A DNA stretch of 64,000 nucleotides from Octopus vulgaris (taxonomy: Eukaryota): NCBI GenBank assembly GCA_951406725.2, contig OX597840.1, positions 18,476,001-18,540,000 on the forward strand, in the 5' to 3' direction. Positions 52,847 to 64,000 of this stretch are shown here, one piece after another. The notes below the pieces were generated by a model, which did no database searches, had not been told where the DNA came from, and worked only from the letters and a program-made list of their open reading frames with translations. Each line of letters starts with the position of its first letter. Position 1 is the first letter of the stretch. Position numbers and translations under genes: made by a program.

Positions 52847-53593
52847 GTGAGTAAACAAGATCTACCCTTCATGTATGGCTCCCAATTTAGGGATGCAGGC
52901 AATGCTTACTTATAAAGGGACGTGTTGGTGGGGGGAGGTTAGCCGACATCACTGACCCCTTTCCTGGTACTTGCTTATTATAATTCCCATTTTATTTTAT
53001 GTCCTACTCCCTCCACCCCACATTTGGCAAAAAAAAGGAAGAAGGGTAAAGTTAACCAGAGAAACAAATGGAAAACAAGACAAGTAACATAAAGAGCGAC
53101 CCTTCATCAGTTGTTGACTGTCCATCTACTCCTCATTTTGAGCATTTAATGAGTAAATGCTCAAAATAAGGAGTAGATAAAACAGCCGACAACTGATGAA
53201 GGGTCGTTCTTTATGTTACTTGTCTTGTTTTCTATTTGTTTCTCTCATTCTTCTTTGCGTACCCAAGTTTGTCTTCGTATTTCATGTTGTTTACGTTTTG
53301 TGACGTCCTGTACCCATATGTGCATATACAAATGTATGTATATATGCATATATATGTATATGTTTTATATTATTATATGATTGAATGCCACACATCCATT
53401 TCCAAGTAAGTTTATATATATATATCATCATCATCATTGTTTAACGTCCACTTTCCATGCTAGCATGGGTTGGATGGTTTGACTGAGGGCTGATGGTTTG
53501 ACTGAGGGCTGGCAAATGTTTTCTATATTAGCCTCAGGTCAATCAAAGCCATGTGAGTGAGTTTGATAGATGGAAACTAAAAGAAGCCCCTCA

Positions 53594-53635
<42 letters not shown>

Positions 53636-54114
53636 TGTGTGTGTGTGTTTGTGTCCGTGTTTCTCCCCCACCACTGCTTGACACCCAGTGTTGCTGCGTT
53701 CATGTCCCCATAACTTTGCATTTTAGCAAAAGTGACCGAGGGTTAAAAACATAAAAGTACTGAGGTCAGTTCATTCAATTAAAAATTTCTCAAGGTGGTG
53801 CCCCAGCATGGCCGTAGACTTATGGCTGAATGAAGTGAAAGGGTAAAAGATAAGTTTATAGTTTGTAGCAGATACATTGTTACTTCTTTTTCCCCCCCAT
53901 CTTCTTTTTGTGTATCTGTGTGTGTGTATGTATGTATATATGTACAAGATAAGAAAATGGAGAAATACATCTAAATCAAATATCAATTACATGATAATAC
54001 TCAATCACATACTTTATTACTAGCAGTATATTGGATATATGTTATCCCATGGAAGGTTGCATTTACAACCCCTATCTCAATTTGTATGTATATATATATA
54101 TATATATATATATA

Positions 54115-54520
54115 GGCGCAGGAGTGGCTGTGTGGTAAGTAGCTTGCTTACCAACCACATGGTTCCGGGTTCAGTCCCACTGCGTGGCACCTTGGGCAGG
54201 TGTCTTCTACTATAGCCTTGGGCCGACCAAAGCCTTGTGAGTGGATTTGGTAGACAGAAACTGAAAGAAGCCCGTCGCATATATGTATATATATATGTGT
54301 GCGTGTATGTTTGTGCGTCTGTGTTTGTCCCCCTAGCATTGCTTGACAACCGATGCTGGTACGTTTATGTCCCCGTCACTTAGCGGTTCGGCAAAAGAGA
54401 CCGATAGAATAAGTACTGGGCTTACAAAAGAATAAGTCCCGGGGTCGAGTTGCTCGATTAAAAAGGCGGTGCTCCAGCATGGCCACAGTCAAATGACTGA
54501 AACAAGTAAAAGAGAGAAAA
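54115..54520 (+). mobile_element. tRNA-derived CORE-type SINE (octopus OR-like family), full-length copy
   Basis: A box TGGCTGTGTGG, B box GGTTCAGTCCC, CCTTGGGCAAGTG-like core, internal (TA)/(TG), GTAAAAGA tail. Other copies at ~1-289(+), 4337-4645(+), 13758-14450(+), 21908-22268(-), 29240-29541, 45140-45529(-), 55946-56348(+), 58970-59507(-), 61570-61972(-). Confidence 0.9.
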
Positions 54521-54813
54521 GAAAAGAGTGATATATATATATATACATACATATATATATATATAATCGTAAACTGAATACACATGTGTGAAAAAAATGT
54601 GCTTAATTAAACTAGGAAACCCGCACCTAAGTAATACTCACCCTGCCCTAATTACCCAACGAAACTAACCAGTCTACGACAAGCAAACCTCTACCCAGTG
54701 AATTTAACAGTACAAGAACAAAATTTAATGCAAGAATTACCAATTTGTTTACATTACCATCACATGTGTATCAATTATTTTCGCATCCCAACCAATGCAT
54801 CTACCTGTATTCC

Positions 54814-54862
54814 CATTCTGAAGAGATTTACTTAAACCAGTAAATTGAAACGATCGTTAATG
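54814..54862 (+). ncRNA. Minimal type-I hammerhead ribozyme motif (best-preserved copy)
   Basis: catt CTGAAGA gatttac-ttaaacca-gtaaatt GAAA CGATCG TT aatg: stem I catt/aatg, 7-bp stem II, palindromic stem III, GUU site. Confidence 0.75.
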
Positions 54863-54983
54863 CTAACTTCACCTCAGATTCTTCTTTCTTTGTTATCTAA
54901 TTAATTAAAGACATACCAGCGAAAACCACGAGCTTCCCATTGTTATTGTATCCATTTTCTTCTAAATATATATATATATATAT

Positions 54984-55290
54984 GTTGTTGTTTGTTCCTT
55001 CTCGAGCCACGGCTGGCTCATAAGGGCCAGTTTCCCTGTTTCCTTGACATATAGGTTCCCCACCTGGACGGGATGCCAGTCCATCACAGGTGAGCTGCAA
55101 GATGCAGGAGGAAAGAGTGAGAGAAAGTTGTGGCGAAAGAATCAGCAGAAGTTCGCCATTACCTTCTGCCGGAGCCGCATGGAGCTTAGGTGTTTTGCTC
55201 ATAAACACACACATTGCCCGGTCTGAGATTCGAACCCACAGTCCCTCGACTGTGAGTCTGCTGCTCTAACCACTAGGGCATGTGCATCCA
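54984..55290 (-). mobile_element. Third tRNA-derived SINE; 5' fragment also at 19745-19883(+)
   Basis: tRNA-like head GGCCTAGTGGTTAGAGCAGCGGACTC...GGTTCGAATCTC; (AAC)n tail. Confidence 0.75.
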
Positions 55291-57876
55291 TACATATGTG
55301 TATATATATATATATATGCATATATTTTTTTATAATATACTATTATTATTAATATAAGGAAATTAATATCCAAATATATATATATGTATAGAATCAAAAT
55401 CGAAATCGATCAACATCAATGGAAATTGTGGCTGTGATACAAGTGCCGGGGGCATGTAAGAGAACCATCCAAAGATGACCGTTGCCAGTACTGCCCTGAC
55501 TAGCTTCCATGCCGGTGGCACGTAAAAAGCACCCACTACACTCACGGAGTGGTTGGGGTTAGGAAGGGCATCCAGCCATAGAAACACTGCCAGATCAGAC
55601 GGGGCCTGGTGCAGCCTTCTGGCTTCCCAGATCCCCGGTCGAACCGTCCAACCCATGCTAGCATGGAAAGCGGACGCTAAACAATGATGATGATGTGTGT
55701 GTGTGTGTATGTAAGTAGGTATATATTCATTTGTGTGTATGCATGTGTATATTTGTACACGTGCATGTATTTATATATCTGTACATGTGTGTGTCGTCAT
55801 AGATATCTTCTTTTTTCTTATTACTTGTTTCACTGTGGCCATGCTGGAGCACAACTTTGATATTTTTAGTTCAATGAACCAACCCCAGGATATATTCTGT
55901 CAATCTCATTCACACTCACACGTGTATGTGTGTGTGTGTGTGTATTGGCTGTGTGGTAAGTAGCCTGTCTACCAACCCCATGGTTCCGGGTTCAGTCCCA
56001 CTGCGTGGTACCTTGGGCAAGTGTCTTCTACTATAGCCTTGGGCCGACCAAAGCCTTGTGAGTGGATTTGGTAGACGGAAACTGAAAGAAGCCCGTCGTA
56101 TATATGTATATATATATATATATGCGTGTGTGTGTTTGTGTGTCTGTGTTTGTCCCCATAGCATTGCTTGACAACCGATGCTGGTGTGTTTGTGTCCCCG
56201 TCACTTAGCGGTTCGGCAAAAGAGACCGATAGAATAAGTACTGGGCTTACAAAAGAATAAGTCCCGGGGTCGAGTTGCTTGATTCAAAGGTGGTGCTCCA
56301 GCATGGCCGCAGTCAAATGACTGAAACAAGTAAAAGAGTAAAAGAGTATATATATGAAGAACTAGAACACTATGTGAAGTGGTTAGTATTAGGAAGGGCA
56401 TCTAGCTGTATAAATCAAGCTAAGTGTGACTGGAACCTAGTACAGCTCTCAATTTGGCCAGCTCTGGTCAAACTGTCCATGATATTTATTCTATCAATTT
56501 CCTTTGCTGAACTACTAAGTTAAAGGAATATTAAACACACAAGTTGTCAAGTGGTGGTGGGTGACAAACACAGATACGAAGACGCACACACAGACACACA
56601 TATGTGTATACTATGGGCTTCTCTCAGTTTCCATCTACCACAAGGTATTTGTCGGCCCAAGGCCATAGTAAAGGACACTTGCCCAAGAAACATGTGGTTG
56701 GGAAACAAACTTCTTATTTCTTTATTGCCCACAAGGGGCTAAACACAGGGGACAAACAAGGACAGACAAAGGGATTATGTCGATTCCATCGACCCCAGTG
56801 CGTAGCTGGTACTTAATTTATCGACCCCGAAAGGATGAAAGGCAAAGATGACTTCGGCGGAATTTGAACTCAGAACGCAGCGGCAGACAAAATACCTATT
56901 TCTTTACTACCCACAAGGGGCTAGACACAGAGGGGACGAACAAGGACAGACAAACGGATTAAGATGATTATATCAACCGCAGTGCATAACTGGTACTTAA
57001 TTTATTGACGCCGAAAGGATGAAAGGCAAAGTTGACCTCGGCGGAATTTGAACTCAGAACGTAACGGCAGATGAAATACGGCTACGCATTTCGCCCAGCG
57101 TGCTAACGGTTCTGCCAGCTCGCTGCCTTCTTACACACAACCATGTCTGCACGTATATATATATATATATATACACACACGCACATGCCAGTGTGTATAT
57201 TGAAAAGCAAGTTAGTACATGCACATGCAGTATTGTTCCATTGTCTTCTCTCGGTGCTCAACTCTTTACAAGCCACTGCTGTGTGCTGCATACATACCTG
57301 CATGTCCGCATGCACACTTGCAGACTATAGACTCCAGCCTACACTTTGACCACACCCATCACTCGACTTCAGTGACACTCTGCCCCACTCCACACTCGAC
57401 TCATCTTAATAGAACTGAGCTGCTAGATCAGATGGTGATGACTAACATCTTATGCAATCACTTGTTCTCAGTCACCTGCAGCATCTCACTTCCCCCCACC
57501 CTCTACCTCACCACAGATATATGTGTGATTGTGTGTGCATATATGTATGTATGTATGTATATATTAATGTATGCATATATGTATGTATATATTTATATAT
57601 GCATATATGTATATATGTATTTATTAATGTATGTATATATTTATATATGCATATATATATGTATGTATATATTTATATATGCATATATATATGTATGTAT
57701 ATATTTATATATGCATATATTAATGTATGTATATATTTATATATGCATATATGTATATATATTAGAAGGTTTGGAGATGATGTACATATATGTATATATA
57801 TATATATATAAATGTATATATAAATATATATATATGTATATATATTAGGTTTGGAGATGATGTACATATATATATG

Positions 57877-57919
<43 letters not shown>

Positions 57920-59920
57920 GTGTGTGTGTGTGTGTGTGCATGTATATGCTTTATTAAAATGCAGCAAAGATATCACAAAAGCTGTTACTCAGACTTTCAC
58001 GTTCCTGTTCACCAGACAGTTTTCTAAACAAAACTGTCCAATGGATGTGAATGTGAAACTCTGAGTAACAGTTTTTGCGATATTTTTGCTGCTTTTTAAC
58101 AAACCATATTGCTCTACCCCTGGTATTTGAGTACTATTTTTTCCACCTTGTTTCACATTTATGTGTTTACTCTGGTATATATATATATATATACACATGA
58201 TATATAGTTCCAGTCATTGAACGGTAGCTATGCTGGGGCAAACGAATTCACCCTCATACTTGTTTTTTATTTTTTTTTACTTCTTAAGTTCATTACTTAC
58301 TCTGTTGGTTGGTCATTTGCCAAACTGCTAAGTTAGGGGGGTGTAAAGGAATCAGCATTGGTTGTCAAGTGATGGTAGGGGTAGGTGCCGAACACACACA
58401 CACACGCATTCATACATGGCCATCCACTGCGTTTTCACACAATTTTCATCTCCCCAATTCACTTACATTTACAAGAAATTGGTCAGCCTGGAACTATGGT
58501 AGAAAACACCCACCCAGTATGCTGTGCAGTGGGATTGAACACAAAGCCACATGGCTACAAAGCAAAGTGCTTAACCACACAACAACGCCTCTGATACACA
58601 CATACACAAGTATATTCATGTATATGTGTCATCATCATCATCATCGTTTAACGTCTGCTTTCCATGCTGGCATGGGTTGGACGATTTGACTGAGGACTGG
58701 TGAACCAGATGGCTGTGCCAGGCTCCAATCTGATCTGGCAGAGTTTCTACAGATGGATGCCCTTCTTAACGCCAACCACTCTGTGAGTGTAGTGGGTGTT
58801 TTTACGTGCCACCGGCACAAGGGCCAGTTTGGCGGTACTGGCAATAGCCATGCTCAAATGGTGTTTTTTATGTGCCACCTGCACAGGAGTCAGTCCAGTG
58901 GCACGGCAATGAGCTCTCTCGAATGTTTTGTTCACATGCCAATGGCACAAGTGCCGTGTGTATATTACCGTTTTACTTGTTTCAGCCATTTGACTGTGGC
59001 CATGCTGGAGCACCGTCTTTAGTCAAACAAATCGCCCCCAGGACTTATTCTTTGGAAGCCTAGTACTTATTCTATCGGTCTCTTTTGCCGAAACACTAAG
59101 TTACGGGGACGTAAACACACCACCATTGGTTGTCAAGCGATGTTGGGGGACAAACACAGACACACAAACATATACACACACATACATCATCATCATCATC
59201 ATTTAACGTCCGCTTTCCATGCTAGCATGGGTTGGACGGTTCAACTGGGGTCTGGGGAGCCCGAAGGCTGCACCAGGCCAGTCAGATCTGGCAGTGTTTC
59301 TACAGCTGGATGCCCTTCCTAACGCCAACCCCTTCCTAATGCCAACCCCTGACGGGCTTCTTTCAGTTTCTGTCTATCAAATCCACTCACAAGGCTTTGG
59401 TCGGCCCAAGGCTATAGTAGAAGACACTTGCTCAAGGTGCCACACAGTAGAAATGAACCCAGAACCATGTGGTTGGGAAGCAAGCTACTTACCACACAGC
59501 CACTCCTGTTTCTATTATAATTATTTAGTTTAGACTTTATCTAAAGAAGCTATATGATGTTGGCCAAGAACTCATTCCTTTTTTTTAGCAGAAACAACTG
59601 TAAGCTACTGAAATAAGATTTTGCAATACCTGTTTCTTTGTCCTTCAATAATATATGTGTGTGTGTGTGTGTGTATAAACAAACGATGTAAAGATGTCAA
59701 TCCATTACACCTGTTTTGACGAATTTTTTAATGGTTACATTATATCATTATGAAAAACCATTTTCATCTGATGAATACACGAACCACAATATTAGAAACA
59801 TATTAAAATATTTTAAATTAAAAAAAAATTTTCAAGTGCATATTTAGTGATTCTACGACCTTCGTTGCCCAAAGAGCATATCTATCTATCTAACTATCTA
59901 TCTATCTATCTATCTATCTA

Positions 59921-59956
<36 letters not shown>

Positions 59957-59992
59957 ATTATCTATCTAATTATCTATCTATCTATCTATCTA

Positions 59993-60035
<43 letters not shown>

Positions 60036-60079
60036 ACCTACCTACATATCTATCTATCTAATTATATATATATATATAT

Positions 60080-60122
<43 letters not shown>

Positions 60123-60336
60123 CACACATAAATATTCGTACATGCACTCGCATACGTATAAAAACTTTTAAGAAAACGTTCATTTACATACCAAACGTGT
60201 GTGTGTGTTCACGCATACACACACACATAAACTTTAAAAATATTCACATACATACCCATCCATACATGTATATACTTTCTACGCACGCACACACACACAC
60301 ACACACATTCACACGGATAGTTACACACGCTTTTAC

Positions 60337-60600
60337 CTTGGCTCGAAGCCAACTGTATCTGTGTGTTGTTACCAAGTTGATTGAGTGAGCAACTTTCGTC
60401 AAGTTATTTCTAACTGTTCGTGTATTTAATTGACCCTAACGGAAAGAGTTGAAAGCAGGGAACAAAACGAGAGCGAAAAATCAGTGCCGTTGCGGTTGGA
60501 GCTCTCTTCACACTGCTTCACACATTAATTGCTGTGAACTTCTCCCTGTGTTTTGCTGTCTCGCTTCGCCTCCGCTCTGTTGCACCGTCTTTATCTATCT
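60337..60600 (-). promoter_or_regulatory. Candidate non-coding first exon/promoter of a minus-strand gene
   Basis: Non-repetitive, CpG-retaining block; minus-strand donor CAAG|GTAAAA at 60337/60336; flanked by a (GA)n tract. Confidence 0.35.
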
Positions 60601-61116
60601 TGTTCTTTCTGTCGCTTTTCGTTTCTCTCTTTCTTCCCCTTCCTCTCTCTGTCTCTCTCTCTCTCTCTCCATCATCACTCTCTCTATCTCTCCCTGTGCT
60701 TGATTCTCCCTCTTTGCTATTCACTCCCATGTCTGTCTGTCTGTCTATCTGTCTGTGTGTGTAAACACTCATACAAGGGTGGGGGGGCTGAAAAGTTCCT
60801 GGTTTTAAGGATATCGATAAAGGCCTGGATGGGGGTCCAACTTTCCGAGCTCTTTATACAGGGCGTAGGCTTCTGCAATACGTGCTTAAATCTGAGAGGG
60901 GATATGGTGAATCCTCCTGTATTTTCTTTTACCCAGAACCAGGAACTTTTCCGCATCCCCTCGTATGTCATTTTTCAGTTCTATTTCAAGATTTCTTGCC
61001 AATAGAGAAAGAACCGGTTTCTAACCTAGATTCAAGATTCTTTCATTAGAATTTCGTATGTATATATGTATGTTTGCGTGTGTGTGTGTGTATGTATGTA
61101 TGTATGTATGTATGTA

Positions 61117-61153
<37 letters not shown>

Positions 61154-61205
61154 ATGTATGCCTGTATGTATGTATGTATGTATGTATGTATATATGTATG
61201 TTTGC

Positions 61206-61283
<78 letters not shown>

Positions 61284-62439
61284 ATGTAGGCAGGCGCAGA
61301 TGTAGTTATGTGGTAAAAAGTTTGCTTCTCAACCATATGGATTCAGGTTCAGTCCCGCCGTGTGACACTTTGGGCAGATGTCTTCTGCTATAGTTCAGGA
61401 CCGACCTAAGTGAATGTGGCAGACGGAAATTGAAAGAAGCTTGTTGCGCGCGTGTGTATATTTGTTAGTTTGTGTGTGTAGTTGAAATTTACGGAAAAAC
61501 AAACAAGCTTAGTAAAGTGAGAAAGCCTTAATATATGTATATATGTATGTGTGTGTGTGTATTTGTGTACTCTTTTACTTGTTTCAGTCATTTGACTGCG
61601 GCCATGCTGGAGCACCGCCTTTAGTCGAAGAAATCGACCCCAGGACTTATTCTTTGTAAACCTAGTACTTATTCCATCGGTCTCATTCGCCGAACCGCTA
61701 AGTGACGGGGACGTAAACACACCACCATCGGTTGTCAAGCGATGTTGGGGGTGGGGACAAACACAGACATACAAACAGACACACACCTGTATATGTATAT
61801 ACATATATACGACGGGCTTCTTTCAGTTTCCGTCTACCAAATCTACTCCCAAGGCTTTGGTCAGCCCAATACTATAGTAGAAGACACTTGCCCAAGGTGC
61901 CACGCAGTGGGAATGAACCCAGAACCATGTGGTTGGTAAGCAAGCTACTTACCACACAGCCACTCCTGCTCCTATAAGCCACTCCTCACCACCTGGCAAC
62001 CGGTGTTGGTTTGTTTGCGTCCTTGTAACTTAGCAGCTTGGCAAAACAAGACCGATAAAATAACCAGAAGACTTTACAGAAATAAGTACTGGGGTCGATT
62101 TGTTTGACCAAACCTTTCATGTTGGTGCTGCAGCATGGTCATAGTATAACGAGTGAAACAAAAGACAGGTAGGTAGGTAGGTAGGTAGATAGACAGATAG
62201 ATAGATGGACAGATAGATAGATAGGTAGGTAGGTAGGTAGATAGATGGATAGATGGAGAGATAGATAGAAGCACAATCTCCCCCATCAAAGTCTGGGGAG
62301 CAGAATTGAACGAGAGATGATCAAGATATATATATATATATGTGTGAGGGTGTGTGTGTAAGAGAGAGGAAAGAAAGAAAGGGTCAAGAGGAGGTAACTG
62401 CGTGTGGTGTGTTGCATGTGTGTGTGTGTGTGTGTGTCT

Positions 62440-62865
62440 TCGTGTTCGACCATTGACGGAGGTTGACGAAGTCGTGATGTCTCTTCCTCTCACTTTACAT
62501 CTTGGAAGAGCGATTGCGCTCGCTCGCTCTCTGGCTGTTGCGGCGCCGCCGCCGCCTCCAACCACCTCAACCGTCCACTCCGCCGCCCGCCGCCGCCGTC
62601 GCCGCACTAGTGTCTCTATCACTACGACTACCGCAGCCACCGCTACCGCCTTTCATTTAAACTCCGGCTACTACCACCGCCGCCGCCACCACCACCACCA
62701 CCACCTCTATCACTGCTATCGCTACCAGTAGTATTATCACCGCCGCCTCCACCACCACCGCCACCACCACTGTTACTACTACTAGCAGCCGCACATTGTA
62801 CACCATCAGCTTCCTTAATGACACTGTTACGAATTGGCCGAGGTTTGCGGTGATGACCTGTAAAG
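62440..62865 (+). promoter_or_regulatory. GC/CpG island, candidate first exon of a + strand gene (possible next exon from 63996)
   Basis: (GCC)n/(ACC)n-rich island; donors GAG|GTTTGC (62842) or AAG|GTTTGA (62865); long pyrimidine tract ending aacag|atgcg at 63995. Confidence 0.45.
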
Positions 62866-63011
62866 GTTTGAAATCCCTTACAATTTTCATTTTCACTTTA
62901 TTTCTTAAACCTCTTCATACATACATTCATATTTATGCCTCTATACGCTTCTATTTCCATATATACATTACATATAGGTAATGCGTGTATATTGCGAGTG
63001 TATGTACATGT

Positions 63012-63042
<31 letters not shown>

Positions 63043-64000
63043 CACACTCATGTATATTTATGCATATAAGTGTGCGTGTGTATATACATGAATCTAAATA
63101 TATTGATGTGGTATGTAATATGTTTTGTCATTTATATTTGGTCATCTGATTCTTTGTTTTTCCTACTTTCTCTCATTTTCTTCTCCTTTTCGTCGGTCCC
63201 TTCACTTTCTTTTTCTCTCATACTCTCTGTCTCTCTTTTTCTTTCTCTTTCTTTCATACAGTATGTCTCTCTCTCTTTCTCTCTCATACTACACGCGCGC
63301 GTGTGTGTATGTATGTATGTATATATATGTGTGTGTGTGTGTTTGTGTCACGTTGTTCTTTCTTCCTTTCTCTCTTATAACACTGCGTGTCTCCTCTCTC
63401 TTTCTGTATTTCTGTCTCCCTCTCATACTATCTGTCTGTCTCTCTCTCTCTCTCTTCCTTTCTGTCTTACTGCATATATCTTTCTTTTTATTCTCTCTCT
63501 CTCTCTCCCTTTCTGTCTTACTGTATATGTCTTTCTTTTCCTTTTATTCTCTCTCTCTCTCTCTCTCACCCTATGTGTGCATCTGTCCCCTACTTACTCC
63601 CTCTCTCTTTCTTATTCTGTCACACAGTCACACACCTTCTCCTCCCCCCTTCTCTCTCTCTCTCTCTCACGCGCACATTTCTCTTGTCCCTTTCTGTCAT
63701 TTTCCCAGTCTTATCCTCGATTCTTACTCTTTCATTTTTCACTTTCTTTCCTTGATACTTTCTCCCCTTCTCCCCCCTCTCTCTGAATTTCTCTCTCTTT
63801 GTATCTCTCTCTCTCTCTCTCTCCCTCCCTCAATATTGCAACCCTTTTCTGCCCACATACCCCCCCCCAACACCAGTTCCTTCCATTATAAACCTATTTC
63901 TTTCTCCTTCGTCCTCACTTATCATCTCTCTCTCACTTTGTTCTCCCATTTTTTCTTCTTCAATGTATCTTAATTTCTCTTTTCTCTCTCAACAGATGCG

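Noticed and set aside
53178-53275. gacaa CTGATGA agggt...accc...ttgtc as a hammerhead
   Set aside because: Stems I and II are plausible but the GAAA half-core is absent, so it is at best a decayed relic.
53268-53408. Acceptor giving V-C-L-R... as the TM exon
   Set aside because: It lies in a fold-back repeat and (TA) tract, with no integrin TM or KLL/NPxY similarity.
62645-62857. Minus-strand Gly-rich exon (HHRKPRPIRNS...GGGG...ERR*)
   Set aside because: The acceptor lacks a pyrimidine tract and the poly-Gly is the antisense of (ACC/GCC)n; the plus-strand reading fits the flanking composition better.
63996-64000. Acceptor at 63995 as the integrin TM exon
   Set aside because: The phase-1 join gives D-A rather than x-C. 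Only 5 nt are visible, so it is not fully excluded, but it is better explained as partner of the 62.4-62.9 kb island.

Overview
Repeat-saturated animal genomic DNA. The SINE, microsatellite and LINE content is typical of a coleoid cephalopod (Octopus-like; inferred from repeat families). The only clear host gene is a + strand integrin beta subunit, reconstructed by hand as 19 GT-AG exons (8856-52846, 2049 nt, ~683 aa, all splice phases consistent). These cover the PSI, hybrid, beta-I, I-EGF1-4 and beta-tail domains. The signal-peptide exon and the transmembrane/cytoplasmic exons were not found in the window. The beta-I domain is unusual: MIDAS reads DLSYT instead of DxSxS, and both ADMIDAS aspartates are missing. 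Introns hold tRNA-derived SINEs, RTE and CR1 LINE fragments, Helitron-like, piggyBac-like and mariner-like MITEs, microsatellites, and many fold-back elements carrying minimal type-I hammerhead ribozyme motifs (about 15 motifs from about 10 families), including a tRNA-headed SINE with a hammerhead. Two CpG-richer islands at 60.3-60.6 kb and 62.4-62.9 kb look like divergent first exons of other genes. Nearly all ORFs in the supplied track are microsatellite or SINE artefacts.
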